Shown here: piece by piece, positions 33,116 to 45,207 of the stretch
Layout of the letters: each line of letters starts with the position of its first letter
Position numbering within the stretch: the first letter of the stretch is position 1
NCBI RefSeq assembly: GCF_056746865.1
Contig: NZ_CM163382.1
DNA: 64,000 bases
Direction: 5' to 3' (one strand)
Position numbers and translations under genes: made by a program
Notes under the pieces: model-generated
Database searches by the model: none
Told to the model about the DNA's origin: nothing
Seen by the model: the letters and a program-made list of their open reading frames with translations, nothing else

Positions 33116-33665
33116 CTAATAAGCCCGGTACGCCGGGCATTTATGCCCCTATTATTCATGAATCGCTTTTTCTAGAAGGTATGCGACAAACGTTAAGTGA
33201 CATTGCCTACACATTCGGGGCGGGATTTCAAATCCGCTCCCAGTTGATGGGGGGCGTTACAGTACGCGCATATCCGCTTTATGTGAAACAGGAAGATTTT
33301 TCTGATATCACTGCCACAGCAAAACACCAATTTCGTGACCAGTACGCGCGCGAGGGGCATCAGTTGCAAAAAGTTTTGCAACTGCGTCCGACCAGTACAC
33401 ACACGATGGCGGTGGATACCATAAAACTGTTCTCTACATGAGACAGAGTGGTGGTGATGTGTTGATTATCGGCGTATATGCGCACAGGTCGCGCTATGAC
33501 GATGTTTTATGCGGGTACACCAATCACATGTATCTGATGTGATAAATCGCGTTACATGACCTCTCTGTTGTGCTGGTGGTTATCACGACGTTCTGAATCT
33601 GGCTTTTGTCTGATATTTTGCGACAAGTACGCGCGCGTAGCATCGACAGCATACACATTGGATAT

Positions 33666-33887
33666 TCATTTTGTGACCAATGCGATAAGTAGCGGGATAA
33701 GCATTGATAAAATCAACAGGCCGATGATCCACTTTTGATTTTCACTGGCCTTATCTCTATTTTCATCAATCTTATCCATAATTCGACGCTCCAAGCCGTG
33801 CATATCACCGCGAATGGCAATTATCTCATTGCGAACATCCGAGAAGTGGTTGGCTTGATGTTCAATGTGTGGCGTTCTGCCTTTCAT
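33666..33887 (-). CDS. small protein with C-terminal transmembrane helix (73 aa)
   Basis: C-terminal WIIGLLILSMLIPLLIALV. Confidence 0.4.
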   Translation of the reverse strand: MKGRTPHIEHQANHFSDVRNEIIAIRGDMHGLERRIMDKIDENRDKASENQKWIIGLLILSMLIPLLIALVTK

Positions 33888-33966
33888 GCCTGATCCTCAC
33901 CCATCGTCACCACCTGCTGGTGTATAAAGGTATTGGCCCAAGCAGCTTTCCAATGGGCACTCATGT

Positions 33967-34422
33967 TTATACGCTGACCTTACAATCAATCACCGCTTTT
34001 AACTTTTCAGCATTGCTTCCCTGACGCTTCCACGCGCTGTAAATATCTTTATCCCACGCTTTACCAGCTTTTGTTTGATAGCCTGCTTCATTGATCCGTT
34101 CAGCTATCACACGCCCATTATCAAATCCCTGTTGGATGGTATCGGCAATGATCTTTATAACTGCCGTTTCGTTATATGGCTTTGGTGGGATGTTCGACTT
34201 TCCGGCAATAAGCGACGCAGCGGCTTTTTCCATGCGCTCCACCAGCCCAAGCATTCGTGAATCAATAGACTTTTCCGGCTGTCCCAGCTTCATGCGAATC
34301 GCATCAACAAGCCAGGAGGTTTTATCCCCTCCAGAAGCGAGAACAGACCGATTAAACTCATCCTGCAATTCAGATGGGATGCGGAACGCGACCAGATTAG
34401 ATTTGCTCATTGCAAAGACCAT
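33967..34422 (-). CDS. hypothetical protein, possible DNA-binding regulator (151 aa)
   Basis: Divergent from the PerC-like gene across the operator array; start may be at MSKSNL. Confidence 0.5.
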   Translation of the reverse strand: MVFAMSKSNLVAFRIPSELQDEFNRSVLASGGDKTSWLVDAIRMKLGQPEKSIDSRMLGLVERMEKAAASLIAGKSNIPPKPYNETAVIKIIADTIQQGFDNGRVIAERINEAGYQTKAGKAWDKDIYSAWKRQGSNAEKLKAVIDCKVSV

Positions 34423-34523
34423 ATCAGTGAGTAATATCCATACAGTATACCACTGTATAACACTGTTATACGCTCAAATATCAGCCAGAAAATAACGAAC
34501 CAATCACAAATCTATCGCTGTGT

Positions 34524-34645
34524 TGTTGGTTCAGAGCTGGGCTGTGTTGGTTCAAAATGAGTTGATGTTGGTTCAATATTTTAGAAAAAACGCAATAAAA
34601 ACAACGATCTTTACAAATTGAACCAACTGAACCAACTGAACCAAC
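34524..34645. promoter_or_regulatory. operator array: three TGTTGGTTCA copies at 21-bp spacing plus three tandem TGAACCAAC copies in inverse orientation
   Basis: tgttggttca at 34524, 34545, 34566; tgaaccaac x3 tandem at 34619-34645; tatataat -10-like box at 34661-34668 before the 34682 start. Confidence 0.55.
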
Positions 34646-34681
34646 ACCTTTTTGCTTATCTATATAATCTGAGAGGCAGAA

Positions 34682-34969
34682 ATGATAAGGGACAGGAAAG
34701 CTGAAGAGCTGGAGTCAAAAGGGCTATACCGGAGAGCTGCCGCACGATGGGCAGAAGTCATGATGCTGGCAGATGGCGATAAAGAACGTGAACATGCAGC
34801 AAACAGACGCTCTGAATGTATCCGTAAGGCGGCACGCCCACCAGCAACTACAGACAAATTCGGAGATTTAAGACAGGCAGTTAAGCGGACTCATTCGGCT
34901 CTTGGTATGGATGAGGAAGCGAGAGGGTACTTCAGGCGTTATCGCGATAAAGATTGCCAGAGACAGTAA
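34682..34969 (+). CDS. PerC-family transcriptional activator-like protein (95 aa)
   Basis: AEELESKGLYRRAAARWAEVM resembles the PerC/Pch family signature; from memory. Confidence 0.55.
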   Translation: MIRDRKAEELESKGLYRRAAARWAEVMMLADGDKEREHAANRRSECIRKAARPPATTDKFGDLRQAVKRTHSALGMDEEARGYFRRYRDKDCQRQ

Positions 34970-35326
34970 TGCTCTATCTGTTTTGGCAAATTACCCCTCA
35001 CTTTGAAGGGATCGGAGCTATAAAAATGGTGTTATCCGGCTTCCTGCATTGCAGGTTTTCGAAAAAATCAATGGGTTAGGTCATCGTGCAAATTTGCACT
35101 CTGCCAGCCAACGCAATTTCTCGTTGGCGAAAATATCAGGTATTTACTGATTCTGCCGCCTCACAAGGATGCGAGAACCTTATAAAACCTAATATCGCAG
35201 AGCTTAATTGTGTACAGCAATTTCACGAGCAATACGCGCGCGCAGGACAACAAGCCTGAACATGGTTACACACCTCGATCGTGAGGGATGTAGGCAATGG
35301 CTTCTGACCAAAGCACCCGAAAAAAC

Positions 35327-35350
35327 CGTGTACATAAGGGTGTACATAAT
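35327..35350. repeat. right boundary direct repeat of the island (putative attR): cgtgtacataagggtgtacataat
   Basis: 22 of 24 identical to 14337-14360. Confidence 0.6.
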
Positions 35351-35580
35351 CAAAAATCGCATTAGGAAGAAACCAGATACAATGCGGCATTGAAGCCAAT
35401 ACTCTACAAACAGATCCAAACTCGTAACGCCAATTCTTCCTTTTCAGCCTTCACAAATGCCGCCCACTCAAACAGAGCGGCATTTTTCCTCCCCGCAACA
35501 TTCAATTCTGTTTTGCGTGCCTGCTCCAGATTTTGCGATGTTTTTTTGCCCAGCGCAGTGAGAACGTGAGATACTTACAA

Positions 35581-35596
35581 CTGTATATAAACACAG
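35581..35596 (+). promoter_or_regulatory. LexA box (CTGTATATAAACACAG) in the dinD promoter
   Basis: Matches the CTGT-N8-ACAG SOS box, about 45 bp upstream of the dinD start. Confidence 0.8.
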
Positions 35597-35641
35597 TTGT
35601 AGACTTACTTTCCTTGCAATCGATATCACATGGAGTGGGCA

Positions 35642-36466
35642 ATGAACGAACATCATCAACCTTTTGAAGAGATAAAGCTGATTAATGCAAACGGAGCAGA
35701 ACAATGGTCAGCAAGACAACTTGGAAAACTACTGGGTTATTCAGAGTATCGTCACTTTATACCTGTATTAACGCGCGCCAAAGAAGCTTGTCTGAATAGT
35801 GGTCACACAATTGATGACCATTTCGAGGAGATCCTCGATATGGTCAAAATTGGCTCAAATGCCAAAAGAGCATTAAAAGACATCGTACTCTCCCGCTATG
35901 CCTGTTACCTGGTAGTACAAAACGGCGACCCTGCGAAACCGGTTATTGCGGCAGGGCAAACTTATTTTGCTATCCAGACCCGACGGCAGGAGCTGGCTGA
36001 CGATGAAGCTTTCAGGCAACTTCGTGAAGACGAAAAGCGTCTTTTTCTGAGAAATGAGTTGAAAGAACATAACAAACAATTAGTTGAGGCAGCGCAGCAA
36101 GCTGGGGTAGCGACAGCTATCGATTTCGCCATATTTCAGAATCATGGTTACCGGGGACTGTATGGTGGATTAGATCAGAAAGCTATCCATCAGCGGAAGG
36201 GGCTGAAAAAGAGTCAGAAGATCCTGGATCATATGGGTTCAACAGAACTGGCGGCTAATCTCTTTCGAGCTACCCAAACAGAAGAAAAACTCAAGCGGGA
36301 TGGCGTGAATTCAAAACAGCAAGCTAACACCACACACTTTGACGTGGGTAGCAAGGTGAGGCAAACCATTCAGGAACTTGGCGGAACCATGCCTGAGGAG
36401 TTGCCGACCTCGCAGGTCAGCATCAAGCAGTTGGAAAACAGTGTAAAAATTACAGAGAAGAAATAG
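35642..36466 (+). CDS. dinD: DNA damage-inducible protein D
   Basis: MNEHHQPFEEIKLINANGAEQWSARQLGKLLGYSEYRHF matches DinD; 274 aa. Confidence 0.93.
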   Translation: MNEHHQPFEEIKLINANGAEQWSARQLGKLLGYSEYRHFIPVLTRAKEACLNSGHTIDDHFEEILDMVKIGSNAKRALKDIVLSRYACYLVVQNGDPAKPVIAAGQTYFAIQTRRQELADDEAFRQLREDEKRLFLRNELKEHNKQLVEAAQQAGVATAIDFAIFQNHGYRGLYGGLDQKAIHQRKGLKKSQKILDHMGSTELAANLFRATQTEEKLKRDGVNSKQQANTTHFDVGSKVRQTIQELGGTMPEELPTSQVSIKQLENSVKITEKK

Positions 36467-36756
36467 CAGAAACTAAAAACTCTTTTTGTTGATTGAGATA
36501 CCCGATGCGTAAGCCAAAGTCCAGGTGCGGTGAACACAATGGCTAACATTGCACCTTTCTTTTCCACCCCTCAGTTTTAACCTACTTTTTCTTATGTATT
36601 TTCTCAGACAAGAAGTCAGAAGAATGCATCTACGCTACAGAAAACAACGATTTCACATAACTAAAAATTATCAATTTCCTCTCACCTTAAAAAATCTCAA
36701 TCGTGACAATGCGTACAAATCGCTACCCTGCCAGACAGATTTTTAGGGAGATAACC

Positions 36757-39145
<2,389 letters not shown>

Positions 39146-39146
39146 G

Positions 39147-39934
<788 letters not shown>

Positions 39935-39988
39935 ACCTGATTTCAGTATCATGCCCAGTCATTTCTTCACCTGTGGAGCTTTTTAAGT

Positions 39989-40264
39989 ATGGCACGCGTA
40001 ACTGTTCAGGACGCTGTAGAGAAAATTGGTAACCGTTTTGACCTGGTACTGGTCGCCGCGCGTCGCGCTCGTCAGATGCAGGTAGGCGGAAAGGATCCGC
40101 TGGTACCGGAAGAAAACGATAAAACCACTGTAATCGCGCTGCGCGAAATCGAAGAAGGTCTGATCAACAACCAGATCCTCGACGTTCGCGAACGCCAGGA
40201 ACAGCAAGAGCAGGAAGCCGCTGAATTACAAGCCGTTACCGCTATTGCTGAAGGTCGTCGTTAA
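39989..40264 (+). CDS. rpoZ: RNA polymerase omega subunit
   Basis: [31 protein letters not shown]; 91 aa. Confidence 0.95.
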
Positions 40265-40282
40265 TCACAAAGCGGGTCGCCC

Positions 40283-42391
40283 TTGTATCTGTTTGAAAGC
40301 CTGAATCAACTGATTCAAACCTACCTGCCGGAAGACCAAATCAAGCGTCTGCGGCAGGCGTATCTCGTTGCACGTGATGCTCACGAGGGGCAAACACGTT
40401 CAAGCGGTGAACCCTATATCACGCACCCGGTGGCGGTTGCCTGCATTCTGGCCGAGATGAAACTCGACTATGAAACGCTGATGGCGGCGCTGCTGCATGA
40501 CGTGATTGAAGACACACCCGCCACCTACCAGGACATGGAACAGCTTTTTGGTAAAAGCGTCGCCGAGCTGGTAGAGGGGGTGTCGAAACTTGATAAGCTC
40601 AAGTTCCGCGATAAGAAAGAGGCGCAGGCCGAAAACTTTCGCAAGATGATTATGGCGATGGTGCAGGATATCCGCGTCATTCTCATCAAACTTGCCGACC
40701 GTACCCACAACATGCGCACGCTGGGCTCACTTCGCCCGGACAAACGTCGCCGCATCGCCCGTGAAACACTCGAAATTTACAGCCCGCTGGCGCACCGTTT
40801 AGGTATCCACCACATTAAAACCGAACTCGAAGAGCTGGGTTTTGAGGCGCTGTATCCCAACCGTTATCGCGTAATCAAAGAAGTGGTGAAAGCCGCGCGC
40901 GGCAACCGTAAAGAGATGATCCAGAAGATTCTTTCTGAAATCGAAGGGCGTTTGCAGGAAGCGGGAATACCGTGCCGCGTCAGTGGTCGCGAAAAGCATC
41001 TTTATTCGATCTACTGCAAAATGGTGCTCAAAGAGCAGCGTTTTCACTCAATCATGGACATCTACGCTTTCCGCGTGATCGTCAATGATTCCGACACCTG
41101 TTATCGCGTGCTCGGGCAAATGCATAGCCTGTACAAGCCGCGTCCGGGTCGCGTGAAAGACTACATCGCCATTCCAAAAGCGAACGGCTATCAGTCTTTG
41201 CACACCTCGATGATTGGCCCGCACGGCGTGCCGGTTGAGGTCCAGATCCGTACCGAAGATATGGATCAGATGGCAGAGATGGGTGTTGCCGCGCACTGGG
41301 CTTATAAAGAGCACGGCGAAACCAGCACCACCGCACAAATCCGCGCCCAGCGCTGGATGCAAAGCCTGCTGGAGCTGCAACAGAGTGCCGGTAGCTCGTT
41401 TGAATTTATCGAGAGCGTTAAATCCGATCTCTTCCCGGATGAGATTTACGTTTTCACACCGGAAGGGCGCATTGTAGAGCTGCCTGCCGGTGCAACGCCC
41501 GTCGACTTCGCTTATGCGGTGCATACCGATATCGGTCATGCCTGCGTGGGCGCGCGTGTCGACCGTCAGCCTTACCCGCTGTCGCAGCCGCTTACCAGCG
41601 GTCAAACCGTTGAAATCATTACCGCACCGGGCGCTCGCCCGAATGCCGCGTGGCTGAACTTTGTCGTCAGCTCGAAAGCGCGCGCAAAAATTCGTCAGTT
41701 GCTGAAAAACCTCAAGCGTGATGATTCTGTTAGTCTGGGCCGTCGTCTGCTCAACCATGCGTTGGGGGGTAGCCGTAAGCTCAATGAAATCCCGCAGGAA
41801 AATATTCAGCGCGAGCTGGATCGCATGAAGCTGGCTACGCTTGACGATCTGCTGGCTGAAATCGGCCTTGGTAACGCAATGAGCGTGGTGGTCGCGAAAA
41901 ATCTGCAACATGGGGACGCCTCCATTCCACCGGCAACCCAAAGTCACGGACATCTGCCCATTAAAGGTGCCGATGGCGTGCTGATCACCTTTGCGAAATG
42001 CTGCCGCCCTATTCCTGGCGACCCGATTATCGCCCACGTCAGCCCCGGTAAAGGTCTGGTGATCCACCATGAATCCTGCCGTAACATCCGTGGCTACCAG
42101 AAAGAGCCAGAGAAGTTTATGGCTGTGGAATGGGATAAAGAGACGGCGCAGGAGTTCATCACCGAAATCAAGGTGGAGATGTTCAATCATCAGGGCGCGC
42201 TGGCAAACCTGACAGCGGCAATTAACACCACCACCTCGAATATTCAAAGTTTGAATACGGAAGAGAAAGATGGTCGCGTCTACAGCGCCTTTATTCGTCT
42301 GACCGCCCGTGACCGTGTGCATCTGGCGAATATCATGCGCAAAATCCGCGTGATGCCAGACGTGATTAAAGTCACCCGAAACCGAAATTAA
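40283..42391 (+). CDS. spoT: bifunctional (p)ppGpp synthetase / hydrolase
   Basis: 702-aa ORF with HD domain (HDVIEDT) followed by synthetase and TGS/ACT regions. Confidence 0.95.
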   Translation: MYLFESLNQLIQTYLPEDQIKRLRQAYLVARDAHEGQTRSSGEPYITHPVAVACILAEMKLDYETLMAALLHDVIEDTPATYQDMEQLFGKSVAELVEGVSKLDKLKFRDKKEAQAENFRKMIMAMVQDIRVILIKLADRTHNMRTLGSLRPDKRRRIARETLEIYSPLAHRLGIHHIKTELEELGFEALYPNRYRVIKEVVKAARGNRKEMIQKILSEIEGRLQEAGIPCRVSGREKHLYSIYCKMVLKEQRFHSIMDIYAFRVIVNDSDTCYRVLGQMHSLYKPRPGRVKDYIAIPKANGYQSLHTSMIGPHGVPVEVQIRTEDMDQMAEMGVAAHWAYKEHGETSTTAQIRAQRWMQSLLELQQSAGSSFEFIESVKSDLFPDEIYVFTPEGRIVELPAGATPVDFAYAVHTDIGHACVGARVDRQPYPLSQPLTSGQTVEIITAPGARPNAAWLNFVVSSKARAKIRQLLKNLKRDDSVSLGRRLLNHALGGSRKLNEIPQENIQRELDRMKLATLDDLLAEIGLGNAMSVVVAKNLQHGDASIPPATQSHGHLPIKGADGVLITFAKCCRPIPGDPIIAHVSPGKGLVIHHESCRNIRGYQKEPEKFMAVEWDKETAQEFITEIKVEMFNHQGALANLTAAINTTTSNIQSLNTEEKDGRVYSAFIRLTARDRVHLANIMRKIRVMPDVIKVTRNRN

Positions 42392-42397
42392 TGTTTT

Positions 42398-43087
42398 ATG
42401 AACCCAACACGTTATGCACGCATCTGCGAAATGCTCGCCAGGCGGCAGCCTGATCTGACCGTCTGCATGGAGCAGGTCCACAAACCTCATAACGTTTCTG
42501 CGATTATTCGTACTGCAGATGCCGTTGGCGTACATGAAGTTCATGCTGTCTGGCCTGGCAGTCGGATGCGCACCATGGCTTCGGCAGCTGCGGGTAGTAA
42601 CAGCTGGGTACAGGTGAAAACGCACCGCACCATTGGCGATGCCGTCGCTCATCTGAAAGGCCAGGGCATGCAGATTCTGGCAACCCATCTTTCTGATAAC
42701 GCTGTCGATTTCCGCGAAATTGATTACACTCGCCCGACCTGTATTTTGATGGGACAGGAGAAAACAGGCATCACGCAGGAAGCGTTGGCCCTGGCGGATC
42801 GGGACATCATCATTCCGATGATTGGCATGGTGCAATCGCTGAATGTTTCCGTTGCCTCAGCCCTCATTCTTTACGAAGCCCAGCGCCAGCGGCAAAATGC
42901 GGGCATGTACCTGCGTGAAAACAGCATGTTGCCGGAAGCAGAGCAACAACGCCTGCTGTTTGAAGGCGGCTATCCGGTGCTGGCGAAAGTCGCAAAACGC
43001 AAAGGCCTGCCTTACCCCCACGTCAATCAGCAGGGCGAAATTGAAGCCGATGCCGACTGGTGGGCCACTATGCAAGCTGCAGGGTAA
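42398..43087 (+). CDS. trmH: tRNA (Gm18) 2'-O-methyltransferase
   Basis: 229-aa SpoU-family ORF directly after spoT. Confidence 0.93.
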   Translation: MNPTRYARICEMLARRQPDLTVCMEQVHKPHNVSAIIRTADAVGVHEVHAVWPGSRMRTMASAAAGSNSWVQVKTHRTIGDAVAHLKGQGMQILATHLSDNAVDFREIDYTRPTCILMGQEKTGITQEALALADRDIIIPMIGMVQSLNVSVASALILYEAQRQRQNAGMYLRENSMLPEAEQQRLLFEGGYPVLAKVAKRKGLPYPHVNQQGEIEADADWWATMQAAG

Positions 43088-43092
43088 GTACC

Positions 43093-45174
43093 ATGAAAGG
43101 TCGCCTGTTAGATGCTGTCCCGCTCAGTTCCCTAACGGGCGTTGGTGCAGCGCTTAGTAACAAGCTGGCGAAAATCAACCTGCATACCGTGCAGGATCTA
43201 CTCTTACACCTTCCCCTGCGCTACGAAGATCGCACCCATCTCTACCCCATCGGAGAACTACTACCGGGCGTTTATGCCACGGTAGAAGGCGAAGTACTGA
43301 ATTGCAATATCTCCTTCGGCGGTCGGCGGATGATGACCTGCCAGATCAGCGACGGTTCCGGCATTCTCACCATGCGCTTTTTCAACTTCAACGCGGCAAT
43401 GAAAAATAGCCTGGCGACGGGCCGCCGTGTACTGGCTTATGGCGAAGCAAAGCGCGGTAAATATGGTGCGGAGATGATCCACCCGGAATACCGCGTGCAG
43501 GGCGATCTCAGCACGCCAGAATTACAGGAAACGCTCACGCCGGTTTACCCAACTACGGAAGGCGTAAAGCAGGCCACGCTGCGTAAATTAACCGATCAGG
43601 CGCTGGATCTGCTCGACACCTGCGCCATTGAAGAACTCCTGCCGCCGGAACTGTCACAAGGAATGATGACGCTACCGGAAGCGTTGCGCACTTTGCACCG
43701 CCCGCCGCCGACGCTACAGCTTAGCGATCTCGAAACCGGGCAGCATCCAGCACAACGCCGTCTGATTCTGGAAGAACTGCTTGCGCACAACCTCAGCATG
43801 TTGGCGTTACGCGCTGGTGCACAACGTTTCCATGCCCAGCCGCTTAGCGCCAATGACGCGCTGAAAAATAAACTCCTCGCAGCCTTACCGTTCAAGCCAA
43901 CGGGCGCACAGGCACGCGTGGTGGCGGAGATCGAGCGCGATATGGCGCTGGATGCGCCGATGATGCGCCTGGTACAGGGCGATGTAGGTTCCGGTAAAAC
44001 GCTGGTCGCTGCCCTCGCCGCGCTGCGTGCGATTGCCCACGGCAAACAGGTGGCATTGATGGCACCAACCGAATTACTCGCCGAACAGCACGCCAATAAC
44101 TTCCGCAACTGGTTTGCACCGCTCGGTATCGAAGTGGGCTGGCTCGCCGGTAAACAGAAAGGTAAAGCACGGCTGGCACAGCAGGAAGCCATCGCCAGCG
44201 GTCAGGTGCAGATGATTGTCGGAACACACGCCATCTTCCAGGAACAGGTGCAGTTTAACGGCCTGGCGCTGGTGATTATCGACGAACAGCATCGTTTTGG
44301 CGTGCATCAGCGTCTGGCGTTATGGGAGAAAGGCCAGCAGCAGGGCTTCCATCCGCATCAGTTGATCATGACCGCGACGCCGATCCCCCGCACGCTGGCG
44401 ATGACCGCGTATGCCGATCTCGATACCTCGGTGATAGATGAGCTGCCGCCAGGCCGCACGCCAGTGACGACAGTGGCAATCCCGGATACGCGTCGTAACG
44501 ACATTATCGACCGCGTGCGCCACGCCTGTATGACTGAAGGGCGTCAGGCGTACTGGGTGTGCACACTCATTGAAGAGTCAGAGTTACTGGAAGCGCAGGC
44601 GGCGGAAGCTACCTGGGAAGAGTTGAAACTGGCGCTACCAGAGTTGAATGTTGGTCTGGTACACGGACGGATGAAACCAGCCGAGAAGCAGGCCGTCATG
44701 GCATCATTTAAACAAGGCGAGTTACACCTGCTGGTTGCCACTACCGTTATTGAAGTCGGCGTTGATGTGCCTAACGCCAGCCTGATGATTATCGAAAACC
44801 CGGAGCGTCTGGGTCTGGCGCAGTTGCACCAGCTTCGCGGGCGTGTAGGTCGTGGTGCGGTGGCTTCTCACTGCGTGTTGCTCTACAAAACACCGCTCTC
44901 TAAAACGGCGCAAATTCGCCTGCAGGTACTGCGCGACAGCAACGACGGTTTTGTGATTGCACAGAAAGACTTAGAGATTCGCGGACCGGGTGAACTGTTA
45001 GGTACGCGTCAGACGGGTAATGCTGAGTTTAAAGTGGCGGATTTACTGCGCGATCAGGCGATGATCCCGGAAGTTCAGCGCCTGGCGCGACATATTCACG
45101 AACGTTACCCACAACAGGCAAAAGCCCTGATAGAACGCTGGATGCCGGAGACGGAACGTTACTCGAATGCGTAA
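43093..45174 (+). CDS. recG: ATP-dependent DNA helicase RecG
   Basis: MKGRLLDAVPLSSLTGVGA...; Walker A GDVGSGKT and DEQHRFG box; 693 aa. Confidence 0.95.
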   Translation: MKGRLLDAVPLSSLTGVGAALSNKLAKINLHTVQDLLLHLPLRYEDRTHLYPIGELLPGVYATVEGEVLNCNISFGGRRMMTCQISDGSGILTMRFFNFNAAMKNSLATGRRVLAYGEAKRGKYGAEMIHPEYRVQGDLSTPELQETLTPVYPTTEGVKQATLRKLTDQALDLLDTCAIEELLPPELSQGMMTLPEALRTLHRPPPTLQLSDLETGQHPAQRRLILEELLAHNLSMLALRAGAQRFHAQPLSANDALKNKLLAALPFKPTGAQARVVAEIERDMALDAPMMRLVQGDVGSGKTLVAALAALRAIAHGKQVALMAPTELLAEQHANNFRNWFAPLGIEVGWLAGKQKGKARLAQQEAIASGQVQMIVGTHAIFQEQVQFNGLALVIIDEQHRFGVHQRLALWEKGQQQGFHPHQLIMTATPIPRTLAMTAYADLDTSVIDELPPGRTPVTTVAIPDTRRNDIIDRVRHACMTEGRQAYWVCTLIEESELLEAQAAEATWEELKLALPELNVGLVHGRMKPAEKQAVMASFKQGELHLLVATTVIEVGVDVPNASLMIIENPERLGLAQLHQLRGRVGRGAVASHCVLLYKTPLSKTAQIRLQVLRDSNDGFVIAQKDLEIRGPGELLGTRQTGNAEFKVADLLRDQAMIPEVQRLARHIHERYPQQAKALIERWMPETERYSNA

Positions 45175-45207
45175 AAGGCGGCGGTGAGAAGACCGCCGCT
45201 TCATCGG

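Larger units (their letters stand above)
14337..35350. mobile_element. ~21 kb integrative genomic island (P4-family integrase, AlpA, P4-alpha-like primase) inserted between yicC and dinD
   Basis: Bounded by 24-bp imperfect direct repeats; integrase at the left end; phage/satellite-like gene content; interrupts yicC-dinD adjacency recalled from K-12. Confidence 0.75.

Noticed and set aside
34455-34490. LexA box within the island regulatory region (ctgtataacactg)
   Set aside because: It does not fit CTGT-N8-ACAG spacing; it is better read as short direct repeats of an island-specific operator. The true LexA box is at 35581-35596 upstream of dinD.
41048-42835. 595-aa minus-strand ORF spanning spoT and trmH, plus many other 60-200 aa antisense ORFs inside spoT, recG, gltS and xanP
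   Set aside because: They lie antisense to highly conserved genes whose translations match known proteins end to end; the antisense products are Arg/Cys/His-rich with no motifs, typical of spurious open frames.
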